Shown here: piece by piece, positions 25,926 through 32,000 of the stretch
Position numbering within the stretch: the first letter of the stretch is position 1
How the letters are laid out: the number at the start of each line of letters is the position of its first letter
NCBI RefSeq assembly: GCF_003864975.1
Contig: NZ_BHGL01000028.1
Location: 6,211-38,210, forward strand
Source: Sulfuriferula thiophila
GTDB lineage: Bacteria > Pseudomonadota > Gammaproteobacteria > Burkholderiales > Sulfuriferulaceae
Length of the DNA stretch: 32,000 bases
Direction: 5' to 3'
Made by a program: the position numbers and the translations under genes
Notes under the pieces: generated by a model
Databases searched by the model: none
Told to the model about the DNA's origin: nothing
What the model saw: only the letters and a program-made list of their open reading frames with translations

Positions 25926-26936
25926 ATGCGTATCAAGCCGGAACAGCTCGCGTCACAGCTAGCCAAAGAGTTAAAGCCGCTCTACTGTGTATATGGCGAC
26001 GAACCGCTGCTGGTGCTGGAAGCAGCCGATCAAATTCGACGAGCGGTTCGCACGCAAGGCTACACCGAGCGTGAAATTTACCAGGTAGAGGGCCGCTTCA
26101 ACTGGCAAACCCTGCTCAATGCCGGCGATAATTTATCCTTATTCAGCGACCGCCGCCTGGTGGACATTCGCATCCCTTCCGGCAAGCCGGGCATAGACGG
26201 TGGCAAGGCGCTGCAAAGTTACTGCGCTGCGCTCCCAGCCGACACGATTACCCTGATTACCCTGCCCAAGCTCGACCGGCAGGCAACGTCAGGAAAATGG
26301 TTCACCGCACTGGATAATGCCGGCACCACCATTGCAGTTTATTCGGTAACTAACGAGCAATTACCGCGCTGGATCGGCGAACGTCTGGCACAACAGCAGC
26401 AGCAAGCCGATACTGACACCCTGCGTTTTCTTGCTCAGAAAGTAGAAGGCAACCTGCTGGCCGCCCAGCAGGAGATACGCAAACTGGGACTGCTGTTCCC
26501 CGCCGGACGCCTGGATTTTGCCAGCGTCCGTGAAGCCGTACTGGATGTGGCGCGTTATGACGTCTTCAAGCTCGCCGATGCCTTGTTGCTCAGCGACGTG
26601 CCACGGTTGATACGCATGCTGGATGGATTGCGCAACGAGGGTGAAGCACCCACGCTAATATTGTGGACAATCACGCGCGAATTACGCATTCTGACCCGCC
26701 TGAAAACAGCACAGAACAGTGGCATAGCGCCTGCCCGACTGATGCGCGAAGTCGGTGTCTGGGAAAGCCGTCAGAGCATGGTCGAAAAAGCACTGCAACG
26801 CGTCAAACTCGACACCCTGACCCACAGCCTCAGACAGGCTGCCGCTATCGATCGCATGATCAAAGGCCTTGCAAATGAAGACCCGTGGGTTGCACTCAAA
26901 CAATTGGCACTCAGTATCGCCCTGCCACAGCGTTAA
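25926..26936 (+). CDS. holA: DNA polymerase III subunit delta
   Basis: MRIKPEQLASQLAKELKPLYCVYGDEPLLVLEAADQIRR; leuS-lptE-holA synteny. Confidence 0.95.
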   Translation: MRIKPEQLASQLAKELKPLYCVYGDEPLLVLEAADQIRRAVRTQGYTEREIYQVEGRFNWQTLLNAGDNLSLFSDRRLVDIRIPSGKPGIDGGKALQSYCAALPADTITLITLPKLDRQATSGKWFTALDNAGTTIAVYSVTNEQLPRWIGERLAQQQQQADTDTLRFLAQKVEGNLLAAQQEIRKLGLLFPAGRLDFASVREAVLDVARYDVFKLADALLLSDVPRLIRMLDGLRNEGEAPTLILWTITRELRILTRLKTAQNSGIAPARLMREVGVWESRQSMVEKALQRVKLDTLTHSLRQAAAIDRMIKGLANEDPWVALKQLALSIALPQR

Positions 26937-26975
26937 CCCCCACGGCTACCAACCAGCCAGTAATGCACAGACAAT

Positions 26976-27006
26976 AAAAAAGGCAGATCCGCAGATCTGC
27001 CTTTTT
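26976..27006. terminator. Bidirectional rho-independent terminator between convergent holA and rplS
   Basis: aaaaaaggcagatc-cgca-gatctgccttttt. Confidence 0.88.
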
Positions 27007-27022
27007 CAGTAACAGCGAGCAA

Positions 27023-27403
27023 TTAAGCAGCGACTGTCTTAACTTTACGCGCTGGCAACTTTTCCTTGATACGTGCGGATTTACCTGAACGATCACGCAA
27101 GTAGTACAACTTGGCGCGACGTACATCACCACGACGCTTCACTTCAATGCTGTCAACCAAAGGTGAGTAAGTCTGGAATGTACGTTCCACACCTTCACCA
27201 GCTGAAATCTTACGCACGATAAATGCAGAATTCAAACCACGGTTACGCTTGGCAATCACTACGCCTTCGTAAGCCTGTAAACGCTCACGCGTACCTTCTT
27301 TAACCTTCACGCTAACGATTACGGTATCGCCAGGTGCAAAAGCAGGAATGGTTTTACCCAAACGTGCAATTTCTTCTTCTTCCAACTGTTGAATCAAATT
27401 CAT
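27023..27403 (-). CDS. rplS: 50S ribosomal protein L19
   Basis: [81 protein letters not shown]; RBS aggag upstream of ATG at 27403. Confidence 0.97.
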   Translation of the reverse strand: MNLIQQLEEEEIARLGKTIPAFAPGDTVIVSVKVKEGTRERLQAYEGVVIAKRNRGLNSAFIVRKISAGEGVERTFQTYSPLVDSIEVKRRGDVRRAKLYYLRDRSGKSARIKEKLPARKVKTVAA

Positions 27404-27503
27404 CGCGTTCTCCTGAACTAAAAATGAGGTCTTGGACCTTACCGCACGGAGCAAGCCGCCGCTTGACGTACGGGGTTTGTTGTTAACCGACTAATTCATT
27501 GAA

Positions 27504-28265
27504 TCAGTCTGGTTTATTTTCCTGCTCGCTTAAAGCCAGCAAGTCAATTTCTGCCGCGCTCATACCGCGCTTGGCTAATAAATCCGGGCGATTGCGTTGC
27601 GTCGCCAATAACGATTGCTGCAACCGCCAGCGCTGGATTTTGGCATGATTACCGCCCATCAGCACTGCCGGTACTGGTACGCCCTGATACAACTCGGGAC
27701 GGGTATAGTGCGGATAATCAAGCAAGCCATTTACAAATGAATCCTGCACTGCTGAATCCGCATCACCCAGCACACCAGGCAATTGCCGCACAACGGCATC
27801 AATCACCACCATCGCTGCCAGCTCCCCACCGGATAAAACATAATCCCCGATAGAGATGTATTCATCTATGCGCCTGTCCAGCAAACGCTGGTCGACGCCC
27901 TCATAACGCCCGGCCAGGAATACCAGACCGGGACGCGCTGCCAATTCCATTACCAAAGCATGATCCAGCGTACGCCCCTGCGGGGAGAGGTACACCACAT
28001 GCGGCTTGGCAACACCAGATTCACGTTGCCGCGCTTCTGCTGCATCCAGCGCTGCATCGAGCGGCTCAGCCAGCATGACCATGCCCGGGCCGCCACCATA
28101 AGGACGATCATCGACAGTACGGTGGTTATCCATCGTGTAATCACGTGGATTCCACAAATGCAATGTGGCACATTGACGCGTGAATGCCCGACCACTGATA
28201 CCGCACTCACTGATTGCTGCAAACATTTGCGGGAACAACGTCACCACATCAATTTGCAATGGCAT
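27504..28265 (-). CDS. trmD: tRNA (guanine37-N1)-methyltransferase
   Basis: [15 protein letters not shown]...[20 protein letters not shown]; [23 protein letters not shown]. Confidence 0.98.
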   Translation of the reverse strand: MPLQIDVVTLFPQMFAAISECGISGRAFTRQCATLHLWNPRDYTMDNHRTVDDRPYGGGPGMVMLAEPLDAALDAAEARQRESGVAKPHVVYLSPQGRTLDHALVMELAARPGLVFLAGRYEGVDQRLLDRRIDEYISIGDYVLSGGELAAMVVIDAVVRQLPGVLGDADSAVQDSFVNGLLDYPHYTRPELYQGVPVPAVLMGGNHAKIQRWRLQQSLLATQRNRPDLLAKRGMSAAEIDLLALSEQENKPD

Positions 28266-28774
28266 CAGTAATCCAGTTCCCAGTCTACCTGCACAGTGCG
28301 CGCCGCCAAATCAACATGACGCACAATCTGCCCAACGAAAGGAATTAAGTGCTTGCGGTCACCGCGCACCTCAAGCACATCATGCGCACCGGCTTCCAGT
28401 ATCTGCTCGATCACACCAAATGCGTCGCCACGCAAATTCACTACATTCAGGCCGATTAAATCCGACCAGTAGTATTCACCTTCCGGTGCTGCCGGCAATG
28501 ATTCACGTTTAACCGCTATTTCACACCCTTTCAGCGCCAGTGCCTGATCGCGATCATGGATCCCGACCAATGCAGCAACCAATACCTTGGTATGCACTTT
28601 GGCTTCTTCGACAGTGTAAACTTGCCAATCATTACCGCGCTTGATATACCACTCTGCATAATCAGCAAGCGTATCTAACGACTCACTGAAAGTCTGGATC
28701 TTCATCCAGCCTTTAACGCCGTAAGGGACAGCAACCCGCCCCATCACCACTAAATTATCCAGCGACTTTTGCAC
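28265..28774 (-). CDS. rimM: 16S rRNA processing protein RimM
   Basis: [23 protein letters not shown]; [27 protein letters not shown]; overlaps rpsP 3' end by 20 nt with the first ATG (internal starts possible). Confidence 0.93.
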   Translation of the reverse strand: MQKSLDNLVVMGRVAVPYGVKGWMKIQTFSESLDTLADYAEWYIKRGNDWQVYTVEEAKVHTKVLVAALVGIHDRDQALALKGCEIAVKRESLPAAPEGEYYWSDLIGLNVVNLRGDAFGVIEQILEAGAHDVLEVRGDRKHLIPFVGQIVRHVDLAARTVQVDWELDY

Positions 28775-29009
28775 TTTCAGTTTTGACCAGTTTTGCTACA
28801 GCATCGCTTAATTGCGCGCCTTGGGAAACCCAATGATTGACGCGATCCAGACTCAGACGCAAGCCTTCGATGCCTTCTTTAGCCAGTGGATTGTAAAAAC
28901 CAACGCGCTCAATGAAGCGACCATCGCGACGGTTGCGTGAATCCGCAACTACGACGTTGTAGAATGGGCGGTTTTTTGCGCCGCCACGAGCAAGACGAAT
29001 TATAACCAT
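28755..29009 (-). CDS. rpsP: 30S ribosomal protein S16
   Basis: [41 protein letters not shown]. Confidence 0.98.
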   Translation of the reverse strand: MVIIRLARGGAKNRPFYNVVVADSRNRRDGRFIERVGFYNPLAKEGIEGLRLSLDRVNHWVSQGAQLSDAVAKLVKTESAKVAG

Positions 29010-29109
29010 CGTGAGTGCCTAACCAATTGAATTAAAAAGAGCGCGATTATAGGACGAAACCACTCAAATGACAAGTTACCTTTGCTTTTACACAGCAAAA
29101 CGAACAAAA

Positions 29110-29138
29110 TTGACCATTCGCCTGTCATACACTATCCT
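29110..29138 (+). promoter_or_regulatory. Candidate sigma-70 promoter for map-glnD
   Basis: TTGACC (29110-29115), 17-nt spacer, TATCCT (29133-29138). Confidence 0.5.
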
Positions 29139-29168
29139 TAGCCATCTAATTTTTAATATATATCCGTC

Positions 29169-29975
29169 ATGTCAGTCAGTATCAAATCCCCAGCAGATAT
29201 AGAAAAAATGCGCATAGCCGGCCGGCTCGCTTCCGAAGTGCTTGATTACATCACGCCATTTGTTAAACCCGGCGTTACCACCGGCGAGCTGGACAAGCTG
29301 TGCCATGATTACATGGTCGATGTGCAGCACACTATTCCGGCGCCGCTCAACTACGCCCCACCAGGTCACGAACCTTACCCGCGCTCGATTTGCACTTCCA
29401 TTAATCAGCAAATATGCCATGGCGTGCCTGGCGACAAACAGCTCAAGAATGGTGACATCGTCAATATCGACGTCACCGTGATTAAAGATGGCTGGCATGG
29501 AGATACCAGCCGCATGTTTTATGTCGGCGAAGTTGCACCTCACGCCAAACGCCTGTGCGAAATCACCTATCAGGCCATGTGGCACGGTATTAAAATGGTG
29601 CGCCCCGGCGTGCTGCTCGGCGATATCGGTCACGCCATACAGAAATTTTCCGAAGCTCAAGGCTACAGTGTAGTACGGGAGTTTTGTGGCCACGGCATTG
29701 GACAGAACTTCCATGAAGAGCCGCAAGTGCTGCATTATGGCCGTGCCGGCACGGGTCTGAAACTGGCCGCAGGCATGACTTTTACCATAGAACCCATGAT
29801 CAACGCTGGACGTCGCGACATTCGCCAGCTTAGCGATGGTTGGACCATAGTCACCAAGGATCGCAGTCTGTCAGCGCAGTGGGAACACACTATACTGGTC
29901 ACCGATACCGGATTTGAAGTCATGACCGTTTCTGCCGGCACCCCGCCAGTACCGGACTTCGTAGCAAGCAAATAA
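29169..29975 (+). CDS. map: Methionine aminopeptidase type I
   Basis: IKSPADIEKMRIAGRLASEVLDYITPFVKPGVTTGELD; GHGIGQNFHEEPQVLHYG. Confidence 0.97.
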   Translation: MSVSIKSPADIEKMRIAGRLASEVLDYITPFVKPGVTTGELDKLCHDYMVDVQHTIPAPLNYAPPGHEPYPRSICTSINQQICHGVPGDKQLKNGDIVNIDVTVIKDGWHGDTSRMFYVGEVAPHAKRLCEITYQAMWHGIKMVRPGVLLGDIGHAIQKFSEAQGYSVVREFCGHGIGQNFHEEPQVLHYGRAGTGLKLAAGMTFTIEPMINAGRRDIRQLSDGWTIVTKDRSLSAQWEHTILVTDTGFEVMTVSAGTPPVPDFVASK

Positions 29976-32000
29976 TGGTTGCCGTCGCGTCCGCCACACG
30001 TGCCGAACAATGGCGCATGCAGCTACGCGATGGGCGCAGCACCATCAAGCAGGCTTTCCTGTCTGGCACTTCAATTCGCACCATCCTTACCCGCAATCGG
30101 CAATTAGTTGATGGCGTGCTTAGCGAAGTATGGCAATCTCTTGATCTGCCCATTAGCGCTGCACTGGTTGCAGTGGGTGGCTACGGCCGCAACGAACTGT
30201 TCCCCCACTCGGATGTGGATCTGCTGATTTTACTGGATCATCCGGCGCTCCCTGAGGAACAGGTTGCCATTGAACAAATAGTCAGCTTATTCTGGGACAT
30301 TGGCCTGGAAGTCGGCCCCAGCGTACGCACCCTGGATGAATGCCTGGAAGAATCCGAACGTGACCTCACCATACTCACCAACCTGCTGGAATCGCGTTTT
30401 CTGTGCGGCAATCAATCTCTCTACCAGCTATTCCAGCAACGCTTTACCCAGCAACTGGACACCCGCGCTTTCTTTGAAGGCAAACTGCTGGAACAGGATC
30501 AGCGCCATGCGCGCTTTAACGATAGCGCCTACCAGTTGGAACCCAATATCAAGGAAAGCCCCGGCGGACTGCGCGACCTGCATAATCTGCGCTGGCTGAC
30601 CCAGGCTGCGGGTATCGGCGCTAACTGGCACGACCTGGTACTGGCCGGTTTACTCAGCAGCAGCGAATTACGCCAGATCCAGACCCTGGAACGATTTCTA
30701 TTCGACCTCCGGGCACGCCTGCATTACCTTGCCGGACGGCGTGAAGACCGCCTGTTATTTGATTACCAGCAAAGCCTGGCCGAGCAATATCAAATTCGCG
30801 CCACCACAACGCGTCGCGCCAGCGAAATACTGATGCAGCGCTATTACCGTAGCGTCAAGATCGTCGCACAAATGCGGGATATTTTGCTTCCCAGCTTGCG
30901 CGCGCGCATCTTCGGCAATAACCAGCTACCGGTTATTGCGCTCAACCCGCGCTTTCAGATACGCGATAATTTACTCAAAGTCATCGACGACAACCTGTTC
31001 GAACGCCAGCCAGACGCCATATTCGAAAGCTTTATCCTGCTGCAGCAGCATCCTGAATTAACCGGCATGAGCGCATCCACGCTACGCGCACTATGGCGCG
31101 CACGGCACCGCATCAATGCCGAATTCCGCCGCGACCCGGTGAATCAGACCCAGTTCATGCAAATCCTGCGTGCGCCGCAAACCATCACCCGCACCCTGCG
31201 CAACATGAACCACTACGGCATACTGGGGCGTTACATCCCGGCATTTGGCCGTATCGTCGGGCAGATGCAACACGATCTGTATCACATCTACACTGTAGAT
31301 GAGCATATCCTTACTGTACTGCGCAATTTGCGCCGCCTCACCATCCCTGAGCTGGCCCATGAACACCCGCTGGCCAGCCGCCTTATCAGTGGTTTTGCGC
31401 ACCCGGAATTACTTTATCTGGCCGCATTATTTCACGACATTGCCAAAGGGCGTGGTGGTGATCACTCTACGCTGGGCATGGTCGATGCCCGCCGCTTTTG
31501 CCGGCAGCACGGACTGTCTAAATCGGATACCGAACTGGTCGTGTGGCTGGTAGGCGAACACCTGAGCTTTTCTGCAACTGCGCAAAAACAGGATTTATCC
31601 GACCCGGATGTGATCACCCGCTTTACCCAGCGCATCCCGGATGAGCGCCATCTCATTGCGCTCTATCTGCTTACTACCTGCGACATACGTGGCACCAGTC
31701 CCAGCGTGTGGAATGCCTGGAAAGCTAAATTACTGGAAGATTTATTTTACGCCAGTCGTCGCCGACTGAGTGGCGAGACCAATCTGCATAGCGGTATCGA
31801 CAAAACCAAAACAGAAGCTTCGCGTTTATTGCGGTTATACGGGCTGTCTCCACACACGGAAGATGCGCTGTGGGTCAACCTGGCTGATAGTTATTTTCTG
31901 CGCCATGAACCACAGGAAATCGCCTGGCACAGCCGTCACCTCTGGCATCGCGTCAGCTCGCCTTTGGCAGTAGTGCGTGCCCGTCTGAGCCCTATTGGTG
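29975..32000 (+). CDS. glnD: [Protein-PII] uridylyltransferase GlnD, C-terminus off the window
   Basis: ATG overlaps map stop (TAATG). Open frame to window end (not listed in ORF track because it lacks a stop): ALVAVGGYGRNELFPHSDVDLLILL nucleotidyltransferase motif, and HD domain LYLAALFHDIAKGRGGDHS. Confidence 0.95.
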   Translation, partial: MVAVASATRAEQWRMQLRDGRSTIKQAFLSGTSIRTILTRNRQLVDGVLSEVWQSLDLPISAALVAVGGYGRNELFPHSDVDLLILLDHPALPEEQVAIEQIVSLFWDIGLEVGPSVRTLDECLEESERDLTILTNLLESRFLCGNQSLYQLFQQRFTQQLDTRAFFEGKLLEQDQRHARFNDSAYQLEPNIKESPGGLRDLHNLRWLTQAAGIGANWHDLVLAGLLSSSELRQIQTLERFLFDLRARLHYLAGRREDRLLFDYQQSLAEQYQIRATTTRRASEILMQRYYRSVKIVAQMRDILLPSLRARIFGNNQLPVIALNPRFQIRDNLLKVIDDNLFERQPDAIFESFILLQQHPELTGMSASTLRALWRARHRINAEFRRDPVNQTQFMQILRAPQTITRTLRNMNHYGILGRYIPAFGRIVGQMQHDLYHIYTVDEHILTVLRNLRRLTIPELAHEHPLASRLISGFAHPELLYLAALFHDIAKGRGGDHSTLGMVDARRFCRQHGLSKSDTELVVWLVGEHLSFSATAQKQDLSDPDVITRFTQRIPDERHLIALYLLTTCDIRGTSPSVWNAWKAKLLEDLFYASRRRLSGETNLHSGIDKTKTEASRLLRLYGLSPHTEDALWVNLADSYFLRHEPQEIAWHSRHLWHRVSSPLAVVRARLSPIG

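Overview
The window reads as a chromosomal segment of a betaproteobacterium, probably an autotrophic Nitrosomonadales-like lineage (inference from gene content only). Most of it is dense housekeeping sequence: ygfZ, glyA-nrdR-ribD, pilSR, ispB, rplU-rpmA-obgE-proB, a lytic transglycosylase, proS, a phosphoribulokinase, leuS-lptE-holA, rpsP-rimM-trmD-rplS and map-glnD. The main accessory element is a complete phosphite uptake and oxidation cluster, ptxABCDE (about 17080-21485). It is preceded by a ~570-bp AT-rich non-coding stretch and followed by a large hairpin with a T-tract. It sits next to a convergent class I phosphoribulokinase gene. Other items worth a look are a short lipoprotein whose mature part is almost entirely Ala/Pro/Asp/Glu repeats, a perfect 21-bp inverted repeat just upstream of the rplU promoter, a two-hairpin attenuator-like leader in front of rplS, and small poorly characterised genes (SCP2-like, PABS-like methyltransferase, CaCA-type exchanger). 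I saw no rRNA, CRISPR array, intact transposase or clear tRNA. I did not find a wholly new multigene system; ptx is a known pathway in a potentially informative context.
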